In this document: positions 1-13,500 of the stretch, piece by piece
Layout of the letters: every line of letters begins with the position of its first letter
Numbering within the stretch: the stretch's first letter is position 1
Assembly: GCA_000708835.1 (NCBI GenBank)
Contig: DF237149.1
Coordinates: 1 to 64,000, forward strand
DNA length: 64,000 nucleotides
Reading direction: 5' to 3'
From: Klebsormidium nitens
Taxonomy: Eukaryota; Plantae; Klebsormidiophyceae
Translations under genes and position numbers: made by a program
The notes under the pieces: generated by a model
Seen by the model: the letters and a program-made list of their open reading frames with translations, nothing else
Database searches by the model: none
Told to the model about the DNA's origin: nothing

Positions 1-2336
1 GTCAAGACACAAGTCTCAAGCCTAATAAGGATCGACGGGTCAGATAGTCCCCTTCCGCAATCAACGGCCTCAATTCAGGCCAATCAGTGTCGGTGTTCAC
101 GCGAAGTAGTTGTACACGTCAGCCAGCGTGCCACCATGTTGTTCGGGATATAGCTTATGTTTCCGTCGCTCTTGAGGTAGGGCAAAGCTTTCTGTTGGGA
201 TGACCACGACTCGGAGGCTAGCGTGCAGGCTGCCAAAGCTCGTCCGCATGGGAACGCGGGTTCTACTCCTGCCCGACGGCAGCCAAAACCACGCGCCTCC
301 ATTTTGTCGGCACTACGGTACTTCCTGTCCCGTATGCTGCTGGTTATATATCATTTTCCATCGTTTTTTTCTCGGAGATCAAATGACGTGGCCCGTGACA
401 AGCAGCTCTTCGTAAAGAGCCTCGGGTACATGCGAAGCGAGAATCTGACGTTAGAGTGAGGGGCGAGCAATCTAGAAAAGTTGAGCGGTTTCGCCGCCCG
501 CAGACGTCCCCTCGATTCTTTAGCCTTCTCAAAACGTATTGAAAGAGTGAAAGCAGAAGTAAAAATGCGTTTCCAGTTAGCAAATCGGTGAGTCCTTCTT
601 GATTGCAATTGCCAAATTACCAATCTTTCAGCGTATGCACCAATCAACTAAGGGCATCCAATATAGTTGTTTGCCCTGGCAGCCTCAACGATCCGACTTA
701 CCTCTGATCTCATCCGTTAATTTTGTTGAAGAGTCTTGCATCTGAAAGAAGAGTTTTGCAACCAAAACAAGAACGAAGTAAGTTCTTCTGGCGGCCAATG
801 CAATGCCCCGTTCCTCTTATTGGTATTCGATTCGACTCGCAGTGCCATCTGGCACATGACTATTGGCCAGGTCGAAGTGCATGCTATTGGAAGCTAAGCA
901 GTTGGCCACTTGGGTTGAGATTTAGAGAACTTATAATTGAGTCCGGCCGTGCTGCTGACGTTTGTACCTGACCCCCAACAATGTGCACAAACCCGTGAAT
1001 TGAAGCGCCTGCCAATAGATCCATACGTACGCGGTTCTGCTGCTTTGCAGACTAGGTACTCATCGCCGCTAAACTCTGTTCGAACTGTACATGAAGCATG
1101 CGGCTGATTCCCCGTGACGATTTTGAGTCGTCGACTCTCACAACCAATCACAATTCGTTGTTAGTCTTGTCTCAGTGTCAGGCGACATTCGGTCGGGCTG
1201 GTCAATATGCTCCAACGCTACCGTACGGCCTATGTCGTGCTCCTAGGGATCACGAATCTTATAGCTACTCTACGATCCATATACTGGCTGCATCCGAATG
1301 AAAGCGGCATGTGCACGTTCGGAGTAGAACGGCCCGCCAAGCTCGGCGCTGGGATGTCAGAGATAGATCAATGCAGAGATTCTTCGACACGAGCTTGCGT
1401 CCCGTTTGCTGGCAGTCGTGAATTTGAAGGCGCGTGACCGGTCTGAAACAAACAAAGATGTACGGTTGCCAGGCCACACTAGGAGCCGCAACGCGGAGTC
1501 ACGCCAGCTCGCACTAGAGCTTGCTGCGCGCTGAGAGTCTGAGCGCCGAAGTAACGAAGGGTCCCGCATTCTAAACAACCCGTCGTGCAATTCTCGTCTT
1601 CTTTTCTTATCACTTGTCCACCAGATCTCAATGCTAGCCGTGACAAAAGTCGATTTTCGACGCGAGCACGAGGCTACGCTGTATGCAACAACTGTAAGTA
1701 AATCCTCGTCAGACCCGTCAACGGATTCTCTGCTCAAACCCCCGGGTTACCAGATATGGTTAATTTGCAAACTGTTCGCGTGCATGCTGAAAGAAAACCA
1801 GTTATGCCATTGCTTGACCACCGTGCTGGCTGGAATCCTCCTCTGGCGCTTCGTCAATGGCCGGCGGCGTCGCCCCGAGCGGTCGAGACGGAATGCCGAC
1901 CTGAAGGGAGGTTGACAGGAGTCAACTTGGCGATTACGCACGGACTAAAAACTACCGTACGATCACTCAGCAGATATTGACAGGAGTCACTCTGTCGCTT
2001 ACACTCAGACTTAGCGGAATATGACAATAACTGAGCTTGTGGCGCAATTGTTCAACGGATGCGCTGCAAGCGAGTTTGGGCAACGCGTGAACAAGTCGCA
2101 TTGTTCCTAGCAACCGCTGACGTCATCCCGGACCCAAAAAAATCGGACGGGCCAAACTTGGTGTTGGCCGTTCAGCTGACAATCTGCCCCCTCGAAGGCC
2201 AGCTGACGACCACGCTAAATTCTCGTTGCAAGCGCTCTACCGATATCTATTACATCATAGAACATCCTCCAGGGATTCTGCTGTTCGCACGTTGGATGAC
2301 AGAATTGTTCTGTCTCTCGCATGCAGGGAGAGTGTG

Positions 2337-5300
2337 TCATCTCGCAACCTTTGTCATCTTCTTCATGAGCAGACCCTCGCCGTCTGCTCTCTTTGTTGGA
2401 AACAAAAAAGCAAAGAAGGGGATGGGAGGAGCGTCGCTCCTCAGTCGGGAGGGGGGAGACTTTCGCCATTGAGAGGAGGGAAAGCGACGGGCGGAGAAGC
2501 GGGTCTTTTTGGGGGGCGTCTGCTTTAACAACGCCTTTTTGTGGAGTGAACGGACAGACTCGCTCTTCCATTAGGTTGGAAGAGAATCTAACCAGGGGTG
2601 GAGACCGAGACGATAACTAAGAAGCACGATTAAACAACTACATCGAGGCATCTTTTCAAGCCGTGTTTCTTACCTTGGGCGACCAGATGCAGGGGCTCTC
2701 GTCGGACGATCCGGACGCGCTCTTCTGTCCGGCGGGCGACTTGCCTTTGGACAGGGAGGTCGCGCCTGTGATGCGGACGTTGACCGGGGCGAGGGCCGGC
2801 AGAGGGATGGCGTCGATCGCCGCGGTTACAGCTCCTGCGAACCCGTCCGAGAAATGTTCATTATTGTTGATAAGGCAACGTTGTATTTGTTAAGGAGAGA
2901 CACAGCTCTTCCCTGGCCCTGGCATCGTAGTCAGAACAGGAGATAGTGAAACCTTGCCACATACTCGTTTCGGTAGATACTCGTGCAGAGGAAGATTCTG
3001 GGCTCAAACATACCCGACGTAAAGAGTCTCTTCTTGTAAGATGGAAGTTTCTTCGTCTGTCCGTTGTGAAGAGTGGTCAGAAAGTCACCAAGATTACAGT
3101 GACGGTCAGGGCAGCACGTACTTAAAGATCGCAAGCAAGCATGCGGGGTTCACTGCTTCTTCCAAGATCATTTCGAAGTTCCTATCAGAATAGACCTGCG
3201 TGGTCACTTCGAGAGAGCGTGCAAAGTTTGTAACAACAAGGAAGCGCGCATAATCTTGGACAGAGGAACTGCAGACGTCGTGTGAGTCCGGTCGGCACTT
3301 CTATTTCCCCTTCAAGGTCAACATAGAAAACGATTTATCTCCGCGGTCGGAGTTTTTTGGGTTGAAGTTGTAAACGTGAAAAGCTTGTGGCGAAGCTTGA
3401 CCGCACGCAAGCCTGCGCGAGCCTTTGCTCTTCAAGCGCGGTTTGAAGGCTTCTTCTCGGAAGCATTTGGAAGGATTGAAGCGCAAGAAGTGTCTGGTCT
3501 TACCTGACGTTTCAGTCGGCGTAGCGGGAGAGCCCGTCCCGTTTGCATGGGCACCTGAAAGTAATGGAACAGGAACGGGTCAATCGACAGTTGCCACAGA
3601 TAGCATTTGGCCAAAGTGCACTTACTCTCCCTCTTACGCTTGAGATCAAGTGACTTTTCCTGTTCACATCAGGAACAACAGAGGTTAAGCCAATCAGCTC
3701 CAGTAGAAAAAGTTCCATTCTGTCTGCACGCTGCGCTCCCGCTTGCTCATAAGTGCGGAGAGGCATCACTTCTGCTTCCAGTAGTGTAGACTTTCCTTTG
3801 CTTCCGAGCTCGCTCTATTTCGAGATTCGTCGCTTTACTGATGTACGCGCAGGTTCGTCCGCTTCTAGCTGCAAGATCCAAATCGAATAACACGAACCCA
3901 CTCTTGGGAGTAACCCTCCCTCCTGCAAGGAAACGCCCAGCTCGTTCGGACAATCTGCTCCCGACTACTCACCGACAAACGACCCCCGGGGGCTGGGCAC
4001 CGGTCTCAGCGACCGCGCGACCGCGACCCGCATGTCCTTCCGCAGGCGCTGCATCTTGACACGTGTCGGCTCCCCATCGGTCTCGTCCTGGTACCCCCCC
4101 ACCAGAATCGCCGCCTTCTCGGCACTGATCGCAATTCCCAGACTCGCCAGGTACCCCGCCAATTCCTCCGCGCTGAGGGGGGGTNACGCCGGGGCCGTTA
4201 ACGCCCCCGGGGGGGTGGGGCAGTTGAGCGCCGGGTCGAAGGTGTGACCGGCCACCACGAGGGGCGACGGCAGGCCCCCAAGCCTATTCACACCGCTCCT
4301 CGTCTCCCCTGCTTGATCCCCCGCACGGTTAACCGGTGACCTTTCCGGGGTTAAGCTTGGGTTTGTGGGCGATCTACCGGGGGTTAGCACGCGGTCGGTT
4401 GGTGATCTACCAGGCGTCAGTGCAGTGTCGGCGGGCCAGGCGTGCGGCTCGGCCATGGCCACCGATTGGTCGAAGTCGAGCCACCGGGCCTTGAACTGCG
4501 CGTTCAGCTCGAGGAGCGCGGCCTCGTAGCGGTCGCGGCGCGCGAGGAGCTGCGGGTTGGGGGGGGGCGGGGTGGGGCGCACGTGGGCGTCGAGAGCTGT
4601 CCTGAAACACAGGAAAGAAGGAAATCGTCAGCGAGTTGTCTTTTAAGTGAACAGGTTTTGTGTTCGCGTCTGGTGGGAGAGGTTGCGCATATTGGACGGG
4701 GGCACGTGTGGCGTCCAGAGCCGTTCTGAACATCAGAGAAGAAAGAGGTTTTCAGAAAGTTTTCTCCTTGTATTTTGTTCACACCAACTCCGTCAACCCC
4801 GCATTCTAGTCCAGACTGATGCATGCTATGCCAAGCAGTCAAGCTGCTGACTTTTGCATCCGGTTCTCCTTGGGTGCCCTCCCCCCCCCCGCCGGGGCCC
4901 AGTTCCCCCTTTGCAGGAACAAGATTATAGGTCCCAGTTTTGGAGAGTGAGGAGTCACAAGCAGCAACAGCAGTCCCGAGATAAATGTTGGCTTTTCAAA
5001 AATTTATATAAGCATGAAGAGTATCAATAATTGGATCATGATGGATATCTGATCAAACCCACATTCCATTTGGGGCTGCCAATGCTAGTGCAAAGGAGGG
5101 GGCAACGGCAGCTCAATTCTCTATCTTGGGCTTCAGAAAGTACAGACTTGTTTGCAGGTTGTGCATTCAGCTTCAAAGCAGTGTCAGTGAATGCTTTTGC
5201 TGGTTGAATGGAGCACAATCAGGAGACTGCTCACAAAACCTCTCAGCAACGAGCAGAACAGCCAGGCAATTCTTCCAACAAGGACACTGAGAGCCTTTTT

Positions 5301-6073
5301 CTCATTGACTCTGAACAAGAACCACCAAAGGCTCCGATCAGAAGCCCTCTCCCAAACAGTCCCATCTAAACCTCTGCCAAGAGATGAGCAGAGTACCAGG
5401 ACATAGCCCCTCAAAGCCCAAACCCTAATTTCTTAAAACCCGACACTCACCGGAAGTGTTCCATCCCCCGGGGTCCCTCCGGCACTTGCGCCGCCCCTTC
5501 CCTCGGTCCGCTCGGGCTGAAGACAAGCGCCTCCAGCTCAGAAACGCTCGCCGCGAGCGGCGTGTCCCCCTCAGACTCGCCGGCAGTTTCCAGGATTGAC
5601 GTGGGACTCATGGTCTCGTCTCGCTCCGGCAAAGTCTGCGTCTGCGCGATCTGCACGGAGGCGTCGCCCCCCGCCGCACCCATGAGGACGCGCTCGAAGG
5701 GCGTCAGGCCGCGCTGTGACGTCAGCGTGACGTCGGCGGCGTCCGTCAGCTCCTCTCCTGCGTCCCTGCTGAACAAACGCTGGAGCGGCTCGGGCGGGGG
5801 GGCGTCGAGATCGGCGGCGGCGTCTCTGCTGAACATCCTCTCTAGGGGAGACGTCATTGCTGCGTCAGCGTTGGGGTCTCCCTTGACGGGGAGTTCGGAT
5901 GCGACGTCGCGGCTGAACAGTCTGTCCAGAGGGGATGGCATTGCCACGTCAGCATTGGTGTCTTCCTTGGCTGGGAGTTCGGAAGCCATGTCGCGGCTGA
6001 AGAGCCGCTCAATGGTTCCCGCTGGTTCGGTCTCCATGGCTCTCGGCACGTCAGTTGGATTCGCAGTGTCCAT
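2337..6073 (-). CDS. Hypothetical low-complexity protein with RLFSRD repeats and SP/TP-rich segments; 3' exon structure uncertain
   Basis: Exon 6073-5451 ends CG|gtgagt and joins in phase to ttcag|G at 4601. That exon runs to G|gtgagt at 3973. Phase-compatible continuations are 2834-2674 (tcgcag| ... |gtaag) plus 2519-2337, or alternatively 3868-3747. The exons are GC-rich and coding-like, but no family was recognised. Confidence 0.5.
4335..4425 (-). repeat. 33-nt coding repeat x3 (LTPGRSPTDRV / LTPGRSPTNPS / LTPERSPVNR)
   Basis: Visible in the translation of ORF 3965..4582. Confidence 0.75.
5762..6005 (-). repeat. Coding tandem repeat: four (E/D/Q)R(L/M)FSRD units spaced 84, 84 and 60 nt
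   Basis: ERLFSRDMASELPAKEDTNADVAMPSPL / DRLFSRDVASELPVKGDPNADAAMTSPL / ERMFSRD...EPL / QRLFSRD in ORF 5447..6073. Confidence 0.85.
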
Positions 6074-6947
6074 GATTCTTTGCTTTCCTAGTCAGTCTGT
6101 TAGTCGCACTTACTTTCCGTGCAGGTCCAAAGAGAGATTGTTTGCCAGGCAACTCTTCCTTCCATTCGTCCAAACGTCACTGTTGCAATTGAACACCTGT
6201 TAAGAATCATTGGGAATTTCCAAACAAAAGATCCCCTCAACCTTAGTTGCCTGCAACGACAGCCAGTCAGCCGGCCAGCCTAACAACGTACACGAAGCCG
6301 CTCCTTTTGCGCCAAGAATGCTGGGGCAGCCCAAAAGGCGTTCAAGATATATATACTGGCTCAACGGCCACCATTGCTGAGCAAGTACACCAGAAATGGC
6401 CTCCTGGACAATTGAGCACTTCCTTGGGCGGTGTCCTTTTGCAATTTGAATGCCCATACGAATTACTGCCCATGCATGTATACTCCTGAAATGATTGTTC
6501 AGATCTGAATCCACAAGCTGTTCATGAAGCTGTGACTCTGGACCTAGAGTGAGTGGGCCCTGCAAGGCTACATACTGATCCTCGGTCGGCAGAAGAGCGC
6601 GCGCGTAACATTTCTAAATGCGGCATAGCCGTCAATGCCCTATCATCGACGGCGACAACGTCTTCTCCAGCCATGCTTCAGCGGCACTCAGGTGACGTCC
6701 ATTTCCCCTCCAGCCAGAGTTCAAATTTTGCATATGGAAAGTCGCGACTCGCATATGCATGCATCTTCAAATCAATTTCAGGGCGGTAGCTACTGTAGCT
6801 AGGCTAGGGCGTTGCAGGGAGCACCAGCTGCAATCGTGAAGCTCCCCTTTTGGAAGCATTCCTTTGGGTAGCTGAATCCTTTCTCTTAGTCGAGCCTTAT
6901 CAGTGAGCTGCACGCATATTCTACTCAAATTCCCCAACAACGCTCGA

Positions 6948-8759
6948 ATGGCGCTCTTTCGAATCGCTCTCCTTTTGGGCCTCCTCGCAGTCGCCGCCAC
7001 TGGCGCCTGCCTCCACCTACTTCCACCTGGCACCATTTCTTGGAGCACGCTTGAGTTCCCCCGCAACACGATATCCATGATGCTTCACTATGCGGCCGCA
7101 AAGTACGGACACCTTCGGACCACCGGACAGGTGGGGGACGGACGAGAAGCGTCCGTTTTGGCTCATGTGCAGAAGACAGTGCCGGCAGGGAATGCAGAAT
7201 CGGTGCTGAAAGCAATTGACGAGCTGGCTTGGGGCGGCACATTTCTGATGAATGTGGGGCCCGAAAAGGGACTGATTCTCGATGAGGTGAGGAAGAGACC
7301 TACTCTTCCTCAATGAGTGATCATGAATGGCTGCGTTCGACCAAAATATGCCAGGGTGTGGTGGTAGGAGAAGTTGCCCTTGATTGATAGCAGAATCACT
7401 TTATGATGCTTTCGCTATAGCAAATGTTGAGAGGTAAACAGCTTGCTTGCTGTTTCTGGTCTTGACACTTCAAACCTCGCTGGGAGTCTGTGCTTCTCTC
7501 AACATACTCAAAGGCATTTCAGCAATGAAACTTTTATACGGCGGTGTTCATCAAGCCCATTGATCACACTTTCTCTTTGAAGGTTTGCATCGTCAGCAGC
7601 TTCTGGACATTGAATCAGATTAAGCCACCTTAGACAATTCGTGTAGCCACTATCCAAGCACTGTTTCCAGAACACTGATCAATTCAGTGAACAGCGGGGC
7701 CTCTCGTTGTCTGCACAGGTCATCAGAAGCAACAAGCCCTGCATGGTGCTGGAGATTGGAAGTTACGTCGGTTACTCGGCGGTTAGGATCGGGTCACAGC
7801 TCGCGCCTGGTTGCAAATTGTACTCCATCGAGTTCAATGCAGATAACGCTGAGGTGGCACGGGGGGTGGTCAAGCACGCGGGTTTAGATCAAACTGTGGA
7901 GGTTATCACGGGCACCCTGCAGTCAGTGACTGAGGTGAGCGTTAAACTCTGCTTTCTCACTTCCTTTTGCTCCATTCCTTGTGAGTTTTAGAAAGCCCAC
8001 GATTTAGAAGGTAGGCGGGGCACTTTCAGCGGAGGGCTGACGCGAAGTGAGAAATCAAAGAGGAGCCTCTTGGACGCCTTGACTGAAACAAGGGCATGCC
8101 TTTTATGCAACGCAGCAGAGGCTTTGACTTTTTGATCTTGTAGGAAGTAGTGTTTGGATCCATCAGGTCAGAGCAATCAATCATAGTCCACCTTACCAGC
8201 AAAAAGCCAGCTTGTGTCTGAGACATACTCTCCGTACACATGAGACTCCTCACCTTTCAGTTGCAGTGGGACTAAGTTCCAGGATCAAAAAAACGAGAAA
8301 TCGGATCATCACTTTGAAACCAGCGAAGTATTGAGAGTTGTGACCCAAACGGTGTCTAACCTTTTCTTGCTGGCGTTGCTTAGACGGCTCGTTTTCCATG
8401 CCATGTTCCTGGCAATGTGAATGAGCGCAAGTCAACAATCTTCATGAGCCTTGATTCAGGTGCTGCACAAGGAGAAAGGCGTTTCGACCTTCGATTTGGT
8501 CTTCCTCGACCACTTCAAGAAGTACTACTTGGGCGACCTCAAACTTCTGCTACATGAAGAATTTCTCAAAACAGGCTCCATCGTTGTTGCGGATAATGTG
8601 GGTTATCCCGGAGTCCCTGATTATCTCGAGTACATGGAGAAGACGTCGGACTTTGAGACCGCCAGACACGAAACGAAGCTTGAATACAGCAAGACAGTGC
8701 CTGACCTTATGCTCGTGTCCTCTTACAAGCCTCAAAGCTTGGGGCATCGGACATCATAA
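6948..8759 (+). CDS. COMT: Catechol O-methyltransferase (animal/fungal Mg-dependent COMT family) with N-terminal hydrophobic anchor or signal
   Basis: Exons 6948-7286, 7719-7934 and 8460-8759, all GT-AG and phase 0. Motifs MNVGPEKG, VLEIGSYVGYSAV (SAM binding), DLVFLDHFKKYY and VADNV correspond to COMT D141/K144/D169/N170. The symbol means catechol OMT, not plant caffeic acid OMT. Confidence 0.9.
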
Positions 8760-10589
8760 GGACCGTTGAACGTCTTTACTTCAACATTGAGTTGGATTGT
8801 AATGTTACCTTCAAAGCTATTAGAGCAACTTGGCACGCGAGGGACACGGATCCCGAAGCTGCAACCTTTACAACTCGCCATGTCGAGTGCCCGCTCTGTT
8901 TCGTGTCCAATCGCTGCACCGGTCGGCCTCATAACACAATGAATTTATTTTTGTATTGCACTGCAATCACTGTATTTCTTTCGGAGAGTAGCTCCTCAAC
9001 TTGCCGCCAGCAGGCTAGCAGCCTGAGCCGCCATCCCATGCTGGCACGCAAGCAGCACTTCCATGCCGCCAAATCGCAAGTTGCCAAAAGGTAAGCGCGA
9101 GCTAGGTCTGGGCGGGCCCTCAATAATCCGATCAAGGCGGCGAGGGGGGCAGATCAAGTCTCGATTTGAGTACTCAACGGCGTCACGCATGATTTCATTT
9201 CACAACCGACCGTTTTACCGGTACGGGTACAAGTTCCTCGGTACTTAGTTTTGTGAGCCGTAGAAGCAATCCTATGTGCATTGAAGCAAGGCTAATTAAC
9301 GACGACACAACCTAAGCTTTTTAGAGATAGACTTATCATGTTCCGCATGGCAAGTTCTCACTTAGGTTAGTCTCTTATCCAAAGTCCTATATCAAAGCTG
9401 TCTATATCATGACATCGTGGAAGCCGTTAAAAACCCCCCGAGGGTCCCGTGGCTTTTGGTATTGGGCCCGCCTTTTTCCGGTGGGAAAAAGGTACTTCCA
9501 CGTGCTCTGATGTAGGACCATGTGGAGGAGACCCGAGGTGCCGCCTCAAACTGCAATAGGAGAGCACAAAAACGCATTGCATGGATTGAGCATGCGAGGC
9601 TAGCTGGGGCCCTGGCACTCATGGCGCGGGAGATCATGCAAGCACTCGACATAACCAAATTGGCAGTTTAACATACATGTATACTGAGACCGCGCCAAGG
9701 CCGCCGTTGATCACCTACTAAGTTGTATATATTATTTAAGTACGTGCCGCCCGGGCCAGGCCCGTCCGACATGCACGATTGAGGGATCTGCGACAGAGAA
9801 TTGACCAGCAGTGCGCGCCGCAGTCGTATACTACCTAGCCTGAGGTTATACGGTGTGCCGCGATACAGCTTAGGATCTGCACCGGCCCTAACACCGCAAA
9901 TGATAGACAAACGCATGCCAGCAGCATTTCGATTGCTCTCTAGGATGAGATCTCCAACTTCAATATGCCTTTTATGACGCGTGCATGCTGCATGGCATGT
10001 TTGTCGAAAGTGAAAGCATAATCTTGACGTTCTCTTTCCAAAACGCCTTGATCTGGCGCTAGCTTATTATATCCGTTTAGCATGTTAGCACACTTGATTC
10101 TTGAGCATGCAAATTCACATGTGCAGGTCTACCCCGCCGTGACTTGCCTTAACTTTTTGGGGCGGAACGATAGTAGGTCCTAGATTGAGTGACAAAGTGT
10201 CCAGCGACCCTGCGAGGGAATCAAGGACCGAGGATTGATCCAATCTGAGCAATTTGGCTGCACCCTCAGGCGGAGCGTCATTGATTGTTCCTGTACTTCC
10301 CTGAGTTGAGACACTAATTTGCCTTCAAGTTGAACAATCAATAGTCCAGTGGCTTTTACAAATTACCAAGAACCTTGTCAAATCCAATCCCTAGCGCATT
10401 TAGACACCTATAGAAGTACGGGGGCTCTTTGCGAGGGACGTATTAGACACGTGCCCCACGGCAGCAGTACATAATGATCGGGCGCGCGGACCAGGAAACC
10501 AAGTCCTAAGGCCGTCTATTTATCGTTACACCCATTCTTATATCCCTGCAGATATTGAGCCTTTGCATGGTATTTCCAGTGTCGTTGAT

Positions 10590-13500
10590 CTAGGCCCTCT
10601 CAGAAGCCCCCGACGGAGCTGGCGCGCTTTTCAACGGTACCTTTTCTTCATCGTCCACCGACTTGGGGGCCGGAGCCGCTTTCTTGTGGTGACTCTTTGT
10701 TAGAGTATTATAGTACAGAGTTGAAAACACCAAAATCTGCACAGCGGAACATGAGGACCCTCATGAGAAACGAGGATTGGCTCAACTGTATGTTTTGCCA
10801 ATCTCGATTCGCAAAGTATGACCCAACCGCATGTTCGGTGAAGTGAATTGCTCAGTTTCAGGCTAGAGCATCCTCAATACTGGGCTACGGTGGTGACAGT
10901 ACAATAGGGTAGCCGGCAGTAATCAAGGACTGTACCTCAGAAAATGGCCATTTGGGTGGGATCCGGAAACACACGTAAAAGGGCCATTCGATTCAGAAAT
11001 GTCGAAGAAGCACAACTCAAATGTGTACGTTCAGTAGCAACAGACGGAATCCAGGACCGGCCAAAAAAGCCAAAAAAATTCCGTACTCACTTACGCCCAG
11101 CGTCAGCGAGAGCCGAAAGGCGAAATTATCGTCCACATTCGTGCAACGAGGTAAAGACCACATGAGAAAGGAGCGGGGGCGGTAGGGGGGCGGCAGCCCC
11201 CCCGATTTCAGGTGAAAAAGAAGGCTCGGTGACTTACGCACCCTAACAACCGTTTGTTGAACACAACAAAAGGGAGCCAGAACTTCTGAGAAAGCTTACT
11301 ACGACTGGGGAACGAGGACAAGGACGAACAATGAAAACGACAGAGCGCAGATTCTCCTCACAGTGCCTAGCGCGACTGGCCCGCGTAAACGAGAGCACGA
11401 AGATGACACACGGCATTACCAAAGCTCAACGAACAACACCTTGGTAGAGGTCGGGACCGAAAATCGTAATCCCCTATTGAACAACACGACTTCGCAGGTC
11501 AAATTGAGAATCCAAATCACAGAGATGCCTAGCCACTAGCCTCACGTGAACAGATGCACGAAGAAGATGACGCACGCCGTCATTACAAGATAATATGAAT
11601 AAAAGTAAAGAGGGAGAAATAAACCCACAAAAAACAGGAATGACTGTGTAGTTCGAGGTGAGGACCCGAATAACAGAGATCCTTTATCGTGCCTAGCCAC
11701 TGGCCCCAGGTCAGCGGATGCACGAAGTCGAGGCACGACCTCAAAACAGCTCATCAAACAACACTATTCATAAACCTGAGAAAGGAAGAGAAACACCAAG
11801 ATCGTGAAGCCCGGAGTAGAGAACACGAAAAGGAGATAAAACTTGCATGGACGGCCCAGATGCTTACCGTGCCCAGCCACTGGCCCCACGTGAGCGGATG
11901 CACGAAGATGAGGCACGAGAGCAGGATGCTCAGGAACTGCCGGGTGGTCATGACGGTCGCAAACACGAGCGCCCCGAACGTGCGGATCGTGTACGAGATG
12001 AGGAACTGGCTGAAGGTGGCGGCCTGCGAGGGGTGACGTCAGCGGCGCGTCAGCTCCTTTGAAAGTGACGTTAGCGCTGTAGCACAGTGTTCGACAGTGG
12101 CGGGTGGGCTTCTTCTGACGGGTAGGTCAAGGCTCCGGGCCAAGCGTGGTCATCATTTCGATTGACGAATCTGTTCTCGTTCACAACTCTCTTCTCTTTC
12201 TTTGCCTCTTACGCTTCTTCGTTCAATACTATCGGCTATTTCAAATGACCGACATAGACGACATTAGTGGAATAAGGAGATGACGTGGTCGCTGAAAGAG
12301 TGGAGCCGACCATGGGCCGACGACAGGACGAGAGCCAAGTCCTAATAGCTGATGGCACGTGTGCTTCGGAGGGGCAGATTCCTGACCACTCACCAGAGAA
12401 AGGACGAGGATGTTCCCTAAGCACTCGGGATACTTGATGACGAAATTAATGGCTTCGAAGAATTGGCCCGAGCTGATGAGGCCTGCAAAGAACGAGGATC
12501 AGCTGAAAATGCGAGAAGGCCTGATTGCTTCAATGGCATCGGACAGGGTGACGTTCAGTGAGCTTGTTACAGCGATAGCTACGTGTGAACGTCGGCCGAC
12601 ATCAAGTCCCAAGCCAAGCGTCATTGATTCCGTCAACCACGTGGCACACTCAGAGTCCGCTGTCTGAGGTAACGTTGATTTCAAGTACTAAGCACAAAAG
12701 GGATTCGAGCAGTGTGGTTGGTTTGAAGTGTCCAGCGACGTAGGGGTTTCGGACGAGCCCCAAACTTTCCAAAAACGCGCAGACAGGCTTTGTTTATCTA
12801 CATGAAGCGAACTTCAACAGTGATTTCTACTGCCAGCCTGGCAAACCTCACTCTTACTGAGTATTTCCAAACAACGTACTGAAAGCACAGCCTCGAATGG
12901 CATACTCGAAGTTTCTATTGCACAACGACGCATATATTTCGCAAAACATTCAACAGCAGGGCGGTGACGTGGTCGGCCATAGAATTACCTAGTGAGCTGA
13001 GTAATGACGAGCAAAGGCCCGTGTAGAGAACCTGCGTCCAAACGTCCATTTGGTACCCCTTGAACAGTTTGTCCTGGAAGGTACTGGTAAACCCGTCAAA
13101 CCTGCACAACGCCACAGATCGAAACACTGAACTTGGAGCACCTGGCTGATTGAAACTAATCCAAGGCAGCCTGAGCAACGTGTCTGAAACCCAACTGGTT
13201 CTCGTTAACCCCTTCCAAGACCCCTCCATGATGCGGTTTAGCTTGATCTAGTTCACCTCAATCCATTGATGCCTCACCAAAGAGAAGGATGCCAAGACCA
13301 TTGGGAAGCTTCATTTTGGACCCAATTTTGAACGATCACAGAAAACAGAGACGCTTTCGCAGTGCGATGTTCTGAGCTGCGGCTTTGAGCCAAAGTACTT
13401 CTAGGTGACAACCTTATGCACTTCTCTTAAACGCTTTGAAATGTTACCCGCTTCTAAGAGAAAGCATCTCTGAACGCCTCAAGGAGGAGAAAGGAAGTCA

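Noticed and set aside
5562-6203. 213-aa plus-strand ORF
   Set aside because: It is the antisense shadow of the minus-strand RLFSRD exon (Ser-rich mirror translation).
8800-10550. Possible repeat or transposon remnant between the COMT and UTr5 3' ends
   Set aside because: No terminal repeats, target-site duplication or recognisable protein motif could be supported.
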